A DNA stretch of 64,000 nt from Octopus vulgaris (lineage: Eukaryota): the NCBI GenBank assembly GCA_951406725.2, contig OX597824.1:18538001-18602000 (forward strand), written 5' to 3'. The notes under the pieces were generated by a model that did no database searches, was not told the DNA's origin, and was given only the letters and a program-made list of their open reading frames with translations. Made by a program: the position numbers and the translations under genes. Below, piece by piece: positions 27,379 through 41,062 of the stretch. Every line of letters begins with the position of its first letter. The stretch's first letter is position 1.

Positions 27379-27609
27379 GGCGGCGAGCTGGCAGAAACGT
27401 TAGCACGCCGGGCGAAATGCGTAGCCGTATTTCGTCTGTCTTTGCGTTCTGAGTTCAAATTCCGCCGAGGTGGACTTTGCCTTTCATCCTTTCGGGGTCG
27501 ATAAATTAAGTACCAGTTACGCACTGGGGTCGATATAATCGACATAATCCGTTTGTCTGTCCTTGTTTGTCCTCTCTGTTTTTAGCCCCTTGTGGGTAGT
27601 AAAGAAATA
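27379..27609 (+). mobile_element. SINE family B2 monomer
   Basis: Full head to AAAGAAATA, followed by GGTA. Confidence 0.9.
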
Positions 27610-28265
27610 GGTATGGAAAATGTTGTTACCGTTGCAGAAAGAAACCAAGGGATTTTATTGGTTGGCGACAAAATGATTGATCGTTCTTCGGAAAGTGGAA
27701 AATAATAAAAGATTTTAACTGCAATACTATTTCCCAAAAAAACAAGTTATACACTCCCGCGCGTTCATAAATAAACAAACACACACATATACACACACAG
27801 ACATGTGTGTATGTGTGTGTGTGTGTGTGTGTGGTAACATATATGGGCGTGTGTCTAAACATGTCAGACGACAATTAAAGTGTAATGGTAATAACTCTTA
27901 ACAGTTAACGAGAGCTAATCTCCAAAACTAAGATTTCAAAATCAGAGACAGAAAAAAAGCTATCGCAGCAATTCTATTGTTATACTTTTGACTAATCTTA
28001 GTTAATCTTTCAGGCATATAAAGTTACGAAGTACTTTGTCGAGAGTCTGGTGCTTTTCTGATCGTTCATTTAAGATGTTCTTCTAGCCAATGCCTAATTT
28101 AAACAAAACAAGAAGCAAAGTACACGTTTTATGTTCGATCTAATGTGAATGGCGTCCGATAATTGGATTTTAAAAACAACTGACTCGCCCTGTCTCATTT
28201 GAACTCCAGATATGGCTTGACAAAGCTGTGTCATGTTTCTTTCAGATTTCGTGAAAACATCAATA

Positions 28266-28487
28266 TTCTTTTATTCTTTTATTTGTTTCAGTCATTTGAC
28301 TGCGGCCATACTGGAGCACCGTCTTTAGTCGAGCACATCAAACCCAGGACTTATTCTTTGTAAACGTAGTACTTATTCTATCGGTTTCTTTCGCCGAACC
28401 GTTAAGTTACGGGGTTGTAAGCACATCAGCATCGATTGTCAAGCGATGGCGGAGGGACAAAAGCACAGACACAGAAATACACACACG

Positions 28488-28556
<69 letters not shown>

Positions 28557-28757
28557 GTGTGAAGGTGTGTGTGTGTGTGTGTGTGTATGTATAACACAGA
28601 CTTCTTCCAGTTTCCGTCTACCAAATCCACTCACAAGGCTTTGGTCGGCCCGAGGCTATAGAAGAAGACACCTGCCCAAGGTGCCACGCAGTTGAACTGA
28701 ATCCGGAACCATTTGATTGGTAAGCAAGCTACTTACCACACAGCCGCACCTGCGCCT
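28266..28757 (-). mobile_element. SINE family A
   Basis: Colinear with the other A copies; expanded internal (CA)n/(TG)n. Confidence 0.85.
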
Positions 28758-29132
28758 ATATTCTAGTTTATTTTCATTTAAATTGTTTTCGTTCGAGCCA
28801 TTATAAAATAAGAACCGTGTTCTTGTGGAGGTGTAATTTAATTCAGTAAACCAAATACTTCGAAAGACAATTACTTTTGGCGACATAATTAGTAGCAATG
28901 ATTGGGGTTTGCTTCAGCATGGCAACATCTTTTGGGCTGAAACGTATAAAAAAAAATTAAAGTATGTATTTTTGATAGTAGATAGGTCTTTGAAAACAAC
29001 AGGTTAATAGACATTGCGCAGTTATTTCAACAGGGGTGACAGGCATTGAGGTTGTTTTTATTAAAACCCTCATAAACATTTCTCTTTTTCTTCTACTTTT
29101 TTTTTGTTAAATTTAAGTGATTTCATGCAGTC

Positions 29133-30297
29133 CTAGCAGCATAGCCCGGCGTTGCCCGGGTATGTAAGAGCCCCAAGTAGGCAACGACTAATCCCAATCT
29201 AGTCCTTTTCCTCTAGGGAACGAAGGCGCATGTGTAGGTTGCAATGTCTTCTCTTCACTCCCAAATAACTATCAAACAGCTATCGATAATTCAACCCAAC
29301 CAATTCCTACCAGGAAGAAATTACATTCGAGACTTTACCCCCAACACCGCCACTTCTGCTAATAGCTGCTGCAGCCGCAAGTTATTCGAATACTTTTTTT
29401 GTTTAAACTTTTTTTATAACTACCACCCCAAACGTTTTACCTTCAATTTTTGACGTACCCTAAGGGTCCTCGAACGCTACTTGCAAACTCTTGGTTTATT
29501 ATAAACCGCTTTTGTCGTATGCACCAAAAAACTTTTTCCATTCGTTTGTTCAGTTTGGTCACTTTTGACTTTTTCGTAGTTGTCACTCACATTGCTGCCT
29601 GCTTTTTTGCCGTTTTTGTACATTTTTATACATTTTGGGATACTTACCACAGATGTTCCGAGAGTTAAAAAGGTTGAGTTGCGTCCCCTAGACAGTCTGT
29701 GGTTTGTGTTTAATACACAAATTGGTTTGCTATGTATGCCACATATGATTTAATTAACCGATTTCTTCCAGTAATAAAGTATCCTATTGGAATAAAAAGG
29801 GCCATATAGCTCCTTGGAGCAAACATGATGCTCGCTGTGAATTTAAAAAGAAATTGCTGCCAATTTGTGAAAGATATTGTCGAAAATATGTGATCTTGAA
29901 TTTGAACGCGATTTCCTAAAATGGCATGATTTTATCGTTTTTTTTCTGATGGTAAGGTATTGCATGGAAAACTAACGTCAGAATTAAGTTTCTTAGGGTA
30001 ACATTAAGCTTCACCATGAGTTTGGGGAAAATCGATTGCAAGTTGCGAAAACTACAACAGAAAATGTGTTGCATATAAAAAGCTTAGATTCTCGACCCCA
30101 TGTCGAATTTATCGATTATTTTCAGAACTGGGGGAACTTTTCAAAATTTTCGCTGCGTTAGTTTTGAATTATGACATTGGGCTATGTGTGTGTCAAGTTT
30201 CATTATAATCGGTTGAAAGCCGTGGTCAGTGTGAGGGTACAACCTGACAGACACACAGACACACAGACAGACAAACTGCCGTTTATATATAGAGAGA
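29133..30297 (-). mobile_element. Non-autonomous Helitron, about 1.17 kb
   Basis: Minus strand: 5' A|TCTCTCTATATATAAA then a (TGTC)-like tract; 3' GC hairpin CCCGGGCAACGCCGGG followed shortly by terminal CTAG; no TSD. The base after CTAG is G rather than the usual T. Confidence 0.75.
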
Positions 30298-30439
30298 TGA
30301 GAGCGGTTATTTAAACTACGCTCCATTATGATTTGATATGTTTTAGAAAAGCACGTTCCCACGGCTTTATTGATCGCATTCTCACCTGGAATCGACTTTT
30401 GTAATTTTTTCAAGACTTACACACGTCCTGATACCGTCG

Positions 30440-30525
30440 GTATCTACATATCGATCGCAATTGGATGGAGGATGCTCGAGATCCTAGAAGACACACAGAC
30501 AGACAGAACGGATTTTATATAATAT
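30440..30525 (-). mobile_element. Second Helitron-like 5'-end fragment
   Basis: ACACACAGACAGACAG...TTTTATATAATA resembles 30245-30297. Confidence 0.4.
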
Positions 30526-30678
30526 ATATACATATGTGTGTGTGTATGTATGTATGTATGTATATATGTGTGAGTGTGTGTGGGTGTGTGTGTGTATGTA
30601 TGTATGTATATATGTATATATATATATATATATAAAGACCTATCTACACTCAATAATACATTCGTTTATTCTTATATA

Positions 30679-30720
<42 letters not shown>

Positions 30721-30724
<4 letters not shown>

Positions 30725-31152
30725 GGGACATAGAAATAATCGGACTGAGTACCCGATTGCGCGGTTAAACCATTGAGAGTGAAGGACTCCTAGCCTTTGT
30801 TAGGACATCCTTCTAGGAGAAGGTAACTCAGGTAACTGGGATAACTCCGACATAAAACCTGCGGCTCAGTGGTTACCGATGATATTGACATGTTCTTCTT
30901 TTCGGATTATGGCTGTTGTTGCTTAGTGAGTGGGATTGACTCAGTACACAGCCTTCCCTCACTTTAAAAAAATCTTCTTGCACAGGTATTGCACGATAAC
31001 AACATTGTTCATGATTGTTGATGGTGCTGTGAGTCTCAACTGAATGGCTGGCTGTAGCTTTAAAAGGCAAATAAAAGTCACATTCGATCACAGCACCAAT
31101 AACAGTTAAGCTTCGTGCAATGGCCATACTCGATAACGAGGAGGCAGCCATC
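30721..31152 (+). mobile_element. Possible RTE-related non-coding fragment between (TA)n tracts
   Basis: AGGACATCCTTCTAGGAGAAGGTAACTC...AAAACC resembles recalled RTE 5'-region motifs; no ORF support. Confidence 0.35.
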
Positions 31153-31211
31153 ATATATGTATATATATATATATGTATATTCATATACATGTATATATAT
31201 GTGCATATATA

Positions 31212-31361
31212 GAGACCGGGCGTTGTGTGTGTTTATTGAGCGAAAAAAACACCTAAAAGCTCCACGAGGCTCCGGCAGGAGGTGGTGATCCCTGCTGTAC
31301 TCTTTCACCACTCTAAAGGCGGTGCTCCAGCATGGCCGCAGTCAAATGACTGGAACAAGTA
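31212..31361 (+). mobile_element. SINE C internal fragment joined to a SINE A tail
   Basis: C body to 31310, then CTAAAGGCGGTGCTCCAGCATGGCCGCAGTCAAATGACTG. Confidence 0.7.
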
Positions 31362-31492
31362 CAAAAAAAAAAAATAAAAAGAAAAATATACATAGATACA
31401 TGCATATATATACATACGTGTATTTATCCATATATATGTATATATGTATATATATATGCATACATGTTTGTGTATATATATATACATGTATG

Positions 31493-31592
<100 letters not shown>

Positions 31593-31630
31593 CATATATA
31601 TATATACACACAAATAGACGCACACCTTAA

Positions 31631-31701
<71 letters not shown>

Positions 31702-32244
31702 TACAGAGAGAGAGAGGGGTGCGAAAATGAAGATAAAAGAAAGAGACAGATATATAGCAAAATATGTAAAAGTCTTTAGCGTGCAGCTCGAAAGAAAAAA
31801 AAAAACAAACAGAAAAGAAACAAAAAAAATAGACAAAATAAACAGAAGCAAAGCTATTGACTTGAACGCGAGAAAATAAGGAAAATGGTTGTGTCGGACA
31901 TCTATTATTCCATTGATAAACCCCTTTGTTTCCTTTTCAAGGGTTTATTCACTAAATAGCAAATCTGTTTTCTAGATTGCCGTAGATTGTAAGTTATACG
32001 GGTGTGTACATTTGCAATCGTTAAGGATGGTGTTGTGAAATATTAGAAACAATAAGGGTATCTATTGTAATATGAGACTTTGAGGATTGATCCTTTTTGT
32101 TTCAGTTCCAAGTCAGACCCTGATCAAATAGATGTATAATTAAAAACCATTCCAGCTGTGACCATCCCGTCTCTTTTAATTTGATGGTAGACACAGCCAC
32201 TTATGATTAAATTTTTTCTTGTTTATTTTTTATTTTTCTACTGG

Positions 32245-32700
32245 AGATACAAGGCCCGAAATTTTTTTTTTTTTTTTTAAAGAGGGTAGTTAATTACTCC
32301 TATTTCTTTACTACACAGAAGGGGCTAAACACAGAGAAGACAAACAAGGACAGACAAACGGATTAAGTCGATTACATCGACCTCAGTGCGAAACTGGTAC
32401 TTATTTAATAGACCCCGAAAGGATGAAAGGCAAAGTCGACCTCGGCGAAGGTTGAACTCAGAACGTAGCGGCACACAAAATGCCTATTTCTTTACGACCT
32501 ACAAGAGGACAAACAATGACAGACAAACGGATTAAGTTGATTATATCGACCCCAGTGCGTAACTGGTACTTATTTAATCGACCCCGAAAGAATGAAAGGC
32601 AAAGTCGACCTCTAATCACTCCGATCCCCAGTCACAAACTGTGACTTATTTTATCGGCCCCGAAAGGAGGAATGAAAGGCAAAATCGACCACAGCGTTAT
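32245..32700 (-). mobile_element. 5'-truncated B2 dimer (32301-32612) nested in an older B1 copy
   Basis: B1 tail to the left and B1 body to the right; TSD TAATTACTCC (32291) / TAATCACTCC (32613). Confidence 0.8.
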
Positions 32701-32732
32701 TCGGGCGAAATTTTGCTTTCACTCCGCGATAT

Positions 32733-33140
32733 TACACCTCTGTGTTTTAGGAATTTTCAAAAAATTTTCGCGAATTTGTGTTTCTTAACACGGGAATTTA
32801 TATGACTATGAAAAAACAATTTTCTTTTTAATTTTTCGAATTTATAAAACAAATTGGTGTGGGAGATTTTTCGAATAGTTTCCTTAAATCCCCAGCAGAA
32901 GACCATTAAATGTGTTTATGGGGAAAAAGATATTGAAAAACATCACTCTGTCACAATGACAAAGAAACGAAGACGGTATCAGGTGGACGTGAGAAGTGCT
33001 AAAAATAACAGATAAATAGTCCTTAAATCATAAAACAAACTTTTTTTTGTCTTTGGTTTTTGCATGATCGTATAATTTCCCGTGTATAGAAAACAAATAC
33101 GCAAAAACTTTCGGAAAATTCTCAAAAATAAAAGAAGTTA
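32733..33140. mobile_element. MITE-like element with imperfect ~85-bp terminal inverted repeats
   Basis: 32733-32820 aligns with the reverse complement of 33052-33140 (GAATTTTC, ACACGGGAA blocks); TA at both ends. Confidence 0.6.
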
Positions 33141-33300
33141 AGTGGCTATGTGGTAAGTAGCTTGCTTACCAACCACATGGCTCCGGATTCAGTCCCACTG
33201 AGTGGCACCGTGGGCAAATGTCTTCTACTATAGCCTCGGGCCGACCAAAACCTTGTTAGTGGATTTGGTAGACGGAAACTGGAAGAAGCCCGTCGTATAT
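33141..33300 (+). mobile_element. SINE family A, 5' part
   Basis: Head and body match. Confidence 0.8.
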
Positions 33301-33419
33301 ATGTAGAGTGAAAGAGAGGTCATAAAGCAGGGTTTCGACGTTGGTTGAACGAACTCCGGACGTGAAGAGGACGAAATTATGGTAAGCATTGCTGTACATG
33401 TGAACGGTTCAGCCAGATC

Positions 33420-33622
33420 CTTTCTACTGAGCGCACAAGGCCTCGAAATTCTGGAGGAGGCGACTAGTCGATTACATCGACCCCAGTGTTTCATTGGTGC
33501 TTAATTTATCGACCCCAAAAGCATGGAAGGCAAAGTCGACCTCGGCGGAATTTGAACGCAGAACGTAGCGACCGACAGGCGAAATACCGTTAAGCGTGCT
33601 CACGATTCTGCCAGATAGCCAC
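33420..33622 (-). mobile_element. SINE family B1
   Basis: B body with the B1 tail (...AATTTCGAGGCCTTGTGCGCTCAGTAGAAAAGGAT). Confidence 0.8.
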
Positions 33623-33627
33623 TATTA

Positions 33628-34158
<531 letters not shown>

Positions 34159-34439
34159 CTCAATCTGTGCGTCATTTATAATGAATCTTGTCCAATTTAA
34201 TTTTAAAGAGATTTGTTGTCCTACTTCTTCCATAATTAGTGACCACGTAGCGGTTCCCCCGTTGATTGGGACCTGGAGGATTTTCGACTGCAGGGTCTAG
34301 GATGGATTGCTGACGAATTATGAGATTGCACTTAATATCGTAGATATAAATTATCGGATAGGAGGGGGCTCAAATTAATGATGGGGAAGGAGGCATTGAA
34401 GGGTTAAGAGGAGAGGGGTTACAGGTCTATGAAACAGGT

Positions 34440-35310
34440 TGTAATTTTACAACTGTTGTTGTTAAAGTTGTTGTTGGGGTAATGGTCGCGGTGGTGGTGA
34501 TGGTGGTGGTGGAGTGTCGGTGGGGGTGGAGTGTTGTTGGTGATGGGGGTGCGGGGTGTCGTTGGTGGTGTCGATAAGTAGCAGTCATGGTTGTTGTGGA
34601 GGGTGAGTAGCTGTTTTCTTTATTGTTGATGTTGGTGGTGGTGGTGGTGGTGGTAATGAAGGTGAGAGGGGAGAGGGAAAATAATGATGGCGGTTGTGAC
34701 GATGATGGTGATGGTGGTGGTAGTCTGGATGGTTGTACTATTGATAAGGCGATGTTGTTGTTGCAGTTGTTCGAGGTGGTAGTGGTGGTGACGGTGTGGG
34801 TAGTGGTGGTGATGACGATGGTGGTGATGATGGTGGTGGTGGAGATGGTGAGGGTAATGGTGATAGCGGTAATTATTCGTAGTGGTGGTGATGGTGATGG
34901 TGGTGGTAGTGATGGTGGTGGTGATGGTGGCGGCTGTGGTGGTGGTAATTATTCGTAGTGGTGATAGTTGTGGTAATGGTAGTGGTGGTGGTGGTTATGG
35001 CGATAGTGGTGATGGTGATGGCGGCGGCTGTGGTGGTGGTAATTATTCGCAGTGGTGGTAGTGGTGGTGGTGGTGGTGGTGGTGGTGGTGGTGGTGGTGG
35101 TGGTGGTGGTTGTGGTGATGGTGGTGATAGGTGGTGGTGGGGGTGGGGTGGGAGTAATATTAGTGGTGGTGGGGGTGGGTGGGAGTTACCCGTGGTGGCG
35201 GCGGTGATGAATTTCGTTGGATGGTGGAGGTGACGGTGTTGACGATGGTGGTGGTGGTCACGACGGTGGAGGGACGTTATTCGTAACGGCGGCGGCGGCG
35301 GCGGCAGTTA
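34440..35310. repeat. Degenerate (GGT)n G-rich tract with internal duplications
   Basis: GGTAATTATTCG(T/C)AGTGGTG occurs three times. Confidence 0.9.
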
Positions 35311-35699
35311 GTAAAAAAAAAAAAGAAAAAGTAGTGGTTGCGCTATGAGGTGGGGGTATGTTTGTGCGGTGATGAAGACACGGTAAATTAGTCAACCTTT
35401 AAATGCAGGCGAGCGCAACAATAGACCCCTAACAATGAACAACAGAAAGAGGGGGAGGCACGGGGGGAGGGAGGCTGTAGATGAGAGACAGAGTAAGAAA
35501 GACTGAGAAGGGAGGGGGGTGCAGCGCGTCACCGTCGTGGGAGTGGGGGGGGGGAGCAGGAAATACAGAGAGAGAGTGAGTGACAGAGAGTAAGATCAAT
35601 AGAATTAGAAGACGTTTGAAAGAAGAGGAGAGAAGTAAGAAATTAGACCAAAGTAATGAAAGACGGTTGGGAGTATTTATGAATAGATTTGTCTGTGAG

Positions 35700-35977
35700 T
35701 GCATCTGTGTGTGTGTGTGTGTGTGTGTGTGTGCATGTGTGTGTGCATGTGTGTGTATGTGTGCATGTGTGTGTGCATGTGTGTGTGCGTGTGTGTGTAT
35801 GTGTGCATCTGTGTGTGTGTGTGTGTTTGTGTGTGCGTGTGTGTGTGCATGTGTGTGTGTGTGTGCGTGTGTGTGTATGTGTGCATGTGTGTGTGTGTGT
35901 GCGTGTGTGCGTGTGTGTGTATGTGTGCATGTGTGTGCGTGTGTGTGTGTTTGTGTGTGCGTGTGTGTGTATGTGTG

Positions 35978-36017
<40 letters not shown>

Positions 36018-36019
36018 CA

Positions 36020-36046
<27 letters not shown>
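35700..36046. repeat. (GT)n tract with higher-order GTATGTGTGCAT units
   Basis: Seen directly. Confidence 0.95.
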
Positions 36047-36051
<5 letters not shown>

Positions 36052-36203
36052 ATTATGTGAAAATAATTCGTTAAAGATCCCCGTGTTCCATTCGTTAAAT
36101 TTAAGTATCTCTATAACAAGATACTTCAATTTAATATAAAGCATAATTTGTATTCATGATGTTGTTGCTAGTGTCTATTTTAACACAGATATACACGCAC
36201 AAT

Positions 36204-36376
36204 AGGCGTAAGAGTGGCAGTGTGGTAAGTAGCTTGCTTACGAACCACATGGTTCCGGGTTCAGTCCCACTGCGTGGCACCTTGCGCAAGTATCTTCTAC
36301 TATAGCCTCGGGCCGACCAAAGCCTTGTGAGTGGATTTGGAAGACAGAAACTGGAAGAAGCCCGTCGTATATATGC

Positions 36377-36424
<48 letters not shown>

Positions 36425-36637
36425 ATGTTTTTTTGTCTGTGTTTGTCCCCCCAACATCGCTTGACAACCGATGCTGGTGTGTTTACGTCCCCGTAACTTA
36501 GCGGTTCGGCAAAAGACACCGGTAGAATAAGTACAAGGCTTACAAAGAATAAGTCCTGGGGTCGATTTGCTGGACTAAATGTGGTGCTCTAGCATGGCCA
36601 CAGTCAAATGACTGAAACAAGTAAAAGAGTAAAAGAG
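36204..36637 (+). mobile_element. SINE family A, full length
   Basis: Complete from head to GTAAAAGA tail. Confidence 0.9.
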
Positions 36638-36918
36638 CACGTATACACACACACACACATACACACACAGATCTACTAGTGTGTGTATGTATGTATGTAT
36701 CTTTGCCTGTGCATATGTTCACGAGTGAGAGTGAACAAAACGAAAGCAAGTACGAAACAACATGGCTGACTGAGGTTATGTTTAATAGTCGTTTGACTCA
36801 GCTCCACATTACTTAAAGTTTCATGAACATTGGACAGTTTCACCGTCCAACTAATCTGAAAGCAATGCGGAGCTGAGCTATCATGTTGTTAGACACACAC
36901 ACACACACACACACACAT

Positions 36919-37491
36919 GTGGAGGCACATGGCTACATGGTTAGAGCAGCGGACTCGCAGTTGAGGGATCGAAGGTTCGAATCTCAGACCAGGCGATGTG
37001 TGTTTTTATGAAAGGCAGCGAGCTGGCAGAAACGTTAGCATACCGGGCGAAATACTTAGCGGTATTTCGTCTGTCGTTACGCTCTGAGTTCAAATTCCGC
37101 CGAGGTCCACTTTGCTTTTCATCCTTTCGGGTTCGGTTAAATAAGTACCAGTTCAAATTCTGCCGAGGTCGACATTGCCTTTCATCCTTTCCAGGTCGAT
37201 TAAATAAGTACCAGTTACGCACTGAGGTCGATATAATCGACTTAATCCGTTTGTCTGTCCTTGTTTGTCCTCTCTCTGTTTAGCCCTTTGTGGGTAGTAA
37301 AGAAATAGGTATTTCGTCTGTCGTTACGTTCTGAGTTCAAATTCCGCCGAGGTCGACTTTGCCTTTCATCTTTTCGGGGTCGATAAATAAAGTACCAGTT
37401 ACGCACTGGGGTCGATGCAATTGACTTAATCCCTTTGTCTGTCCTTGTTTGTCCCCTCTATGTTTAGCCCCTTGTGGGTAGTAAAGAAATA
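36919..37491 (+). mobile_element. Chimera: SINE C head (36919-37010) joined to a B2 multimer (37014-37491)
   Basis: Contains the recurrent AAAGAAATA|GGTATTTCG junction; TTAGAC(AC)nAT on both flanks. Confidence 0.8.
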
Positions 37492-37907
37492 TATTAGACA
37501 CACACACACATCTGCACACACACAAACAGACACACATACACGCACATACACACACACACACGCACACACACACACACACATACACACATATATATTCTTT
37601 TATTCTTTTACTTGTTTCAGTCATTTGACTACAGCCATGCTGGAGCACCGCGTTTAATCGATCAAACCAACCCCAGGACTTATTCTACAGTACATAAGTT
37701 TTGTTTTGTTGTGGAATTTGATTTGTTACTTCCGGTGCTAGTTTGGTGTCTTGAAATTACTGAGAGCTTGCTCAATATCAGTTGTCTTATTTTACATGGC
37801 GATGCTTGATGTTTCCAATGTCCTGTGATTGGTTTCAGGAGCTGTCTTAGTGTGGGACAATGATTGCGAAGAATATGTGTGGTATAGTTACCCTTTAGTA
37901 TATTTCC

Positions 37908-38227
37908 GTGAGGGCGCGTGGCTTAGTGGTTAGGGCATTCGGCTCATGATCGTAAGGTTGTAAGTTCGATTCCCGGCGACGCGTTGTGTCCTTGAGCAAG
38001 ACCCTTTATTTCACGTTGCTCCAGTCCACTCAGCTGGCAAAAATGAGTTGTACTTGTATTTCAAAGGGTCAGCCTTGTCACTCTCTGTGTCACGCTGATT
38101 ATCCCCGAGAACTACGTTAAGGGTACACGTGTCTGTGGAATGCTCAGCCATTTGCACGTTAATTTCACGAGCAAGCTGTTCCGTTGATCGTATCAGCTGG
38201 GACCCTCGTCGTCGTAACCGGCGGAGT
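37908..38227 (+). mobile_element. SINE family E (CORE-like body) with tail type 1 and 15-bp TSD
   Basis: A box TGGCTTAGTGG, B box AGTTCGATTCC, CORE-like GTGTCCTTGAGCAAGAC...CCAGTCCACTCAGCTG; TSD CTTTAGTATATTTCC at 37893 and 38228. Confidence 0.9.
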
Positions 38228-38245
38228 CTTTAGTATATTTCCATA

Positions 38246-38563
38246 GTGGAGGCGCAATGGCCCAGTGTTTAGGGCAGCGGACTCGCGGTCGGAGAATCGC
38301 GGTTTCGATTCTGAGACCGGGCGTTGTGTGTGTTTATTGACGAAATCACCTAAAAGCTCCACGAGGCTCCGGCAGGAGGTAGTAGCGACCCCTGTGGTAC
38401 TCTTTCGCCGCAACATTCTCTCACTCTTTCTTCCTGTTTCTTGAGTAACGCTGCGATGATGGACTAGCATCCCGTCCAGCTGGGGAGGGGGAACACATAC
38501 GCCATAGAAACCGGGAAACTGGGCCCATGAGCCTGGCTAGGCTTGAAAAGGGCGCATAAAAAA
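38246..38563 (+). mobile_element. SINE family C with tail type 2
   Basis: Matches 12097-12404. Confidence 0.9.
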
Positions 38564-38575
38564 ATACTTCCATTA

Positions 38576-38893
38576 GTGAAGGCGTGTAGTTTAGTGGTTA
38601 TGGCATTCGGCTCATGATCGTAAGGTCGTGAGTTCAATCTCTAGTGACGCATTGTGTCCTTGACCACGACACTTTATTTCACCTTGCTCCTGTCCACTCA
38701 CCTGGCAAAGAGGAGTGGTACCCGTACTTCAAAGGGCCAGTCTTATTACGCTGTATATCGTTGAATCTTTCAGAGTACTACATTAAGCGTACACGTGTCT
38801 GTGGAGTACTCAGCCACTTACACGGCTACTTCACGAGCAAGCTGTTCCGTTGATCGCAACAGCTGGGTCCCTCGTCATCGTAACCGACGGAGT
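38576..38893 (+). mobile_element. SINE family E with tail type 1, older
   Basis: Colinear with 37908-38227. Confidence 0.85.
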
Positions 38894-38911
38894 GATCCAT
38901 ATTTCCATTGT

Positions 38912-39167
38912 GTGACAGCGCATGGCCTAGTGGCTAATGTGTTGAACATTCACGATCGCTACGCCGTAGGTTCGATTCCTTGACCGAGTGTCGCATTGTG
39001 TTTTTTGGTTAAAATCCTTCATTTTACGTTGCGCCGGTGCAACCACGCGACGGATTGGCCTCCTCACCTAGCCAGCGGGATGGTATCATTCGAAAGCTAA
39101 AACGATGCAACACGCATTGTGACCAGCGGTGAATAACAACACCTGATAGTCTGGTCGATCACGTGAT
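38912..39167 (+). mobile_element. SINE family E with tail type 3, diverged
   Basis: E-like head; tail matches 3985-4090. Confidence 0.75.
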
Positions 39168-39221
39168 GCTTCCATTACAGTTTTGGCAGGTGTATGAAGT
39201 GGAGGAGTAGGGTTAGACTGT

Positions 39222-39445
39222 AGCTGGCAGAAACGTTAGCGCGCCGGACGAAATGCTTAGCGGTATTTCGTCTGCCGTTACGTTCTGAGTTCAAATTCCA
39301 CCGAGGTCAACTTTGCCTTTCATCCTTTCGGGGTCGATAAATTAAGTACCAGTTACGCACTGGAGTTGATGTAATCGACTTAATACCTATGTCTGTCCTT
39401 GTTTGTCCCCTCTGTGTTTAGCCCCTTGTGGGTAATAAAGAAATA
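39222..39445 (+). mobile_element. SINE family B2 monomer
   Basis: Colinear with 14101-14331. Confidence 0.9.
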
Positions 39446-39573
39446 TGTATGTAAATCAAACCCGATTTCCTTCGACATTATTTCTTCTGCAGCAAAATAA
39501 ATCCACCCGTTCCACCCATCTGTTGAAGCTGGGTTCGTTGTTTCGCGGGGAAAAATTTCTTGAAGAATTATGT

Positions 39574-40359
<786 letters not shown>

Positions 40360-40477
40360 TATAAAATGAGATAGGGGTTGAAAAATTCAACCCACCATGG
40401 GATAGTATTGATTGGGTATCATCTGTTAGTTGATGTTTTATTGATTTAAGTATGTTTCTCCATTTTCTAATTTTGTA

Positions 40478-40523
<46 letters not shown>

Positions 40524-40818
40524 AATCCAAACGGGAAACAAAAAAACAACAACAATGGAACAATTACAGTATTATTATTAATAGGCGCTCAGGAAATGGA
40601 AGCAGGGATGTATATACATATACATATGTATATACATATATACGATGGGCATCCTTATATTTTCCGCCTACCAAGTCCACTCACAAGACTATAGTAGATG
40701 ACATTTGCCGAAGGTGCCACGCAGTGAGAATGAACCCGTACCATGTGGTTGGTAAAAAAATATATTTATAAAATTATGTCTTTATTGATTCTGTTACGTT
40801 TTCGTGTATGTTAGCTCT

Positions 40819-41062
40819 GTGGAGGCGCAATGGCCCAGTGGTTAGGGCAGCGGACTCGCGGTCATAGGATCGCGGTTTCGATTCCCAGACCGAGCGTTGT
40901 GAGTGTTTATTGAGCGAAAATACCTAAAAGCTCCACGCAGCCCAGGCAGGGGATGGTGGGGATCCCTGCTGTACTCTTTCACCACAACTTTCTCTCACTC
41001 TTACTTCCAGTTTCTGTTGTACCTGTATTTCAAAGGGCCGGCCTTGTCACTCTCTGTGCTTC
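40819..41062 (+). mobile_element. SINE family C, tail type 1 with internal deletion
   Basis: Colinear with 43745-44125 up to CACTCTCTGTG. Confidence 0.85.

Noticed and set aside
35380-35560. Paired AACAAT (Sox-like) sites in a GC-richer patch; also TGACCT-n8-TGACCT near 6635
   Set aside because: Short motifs are expected by chance; this needs conservation or chromatin data.
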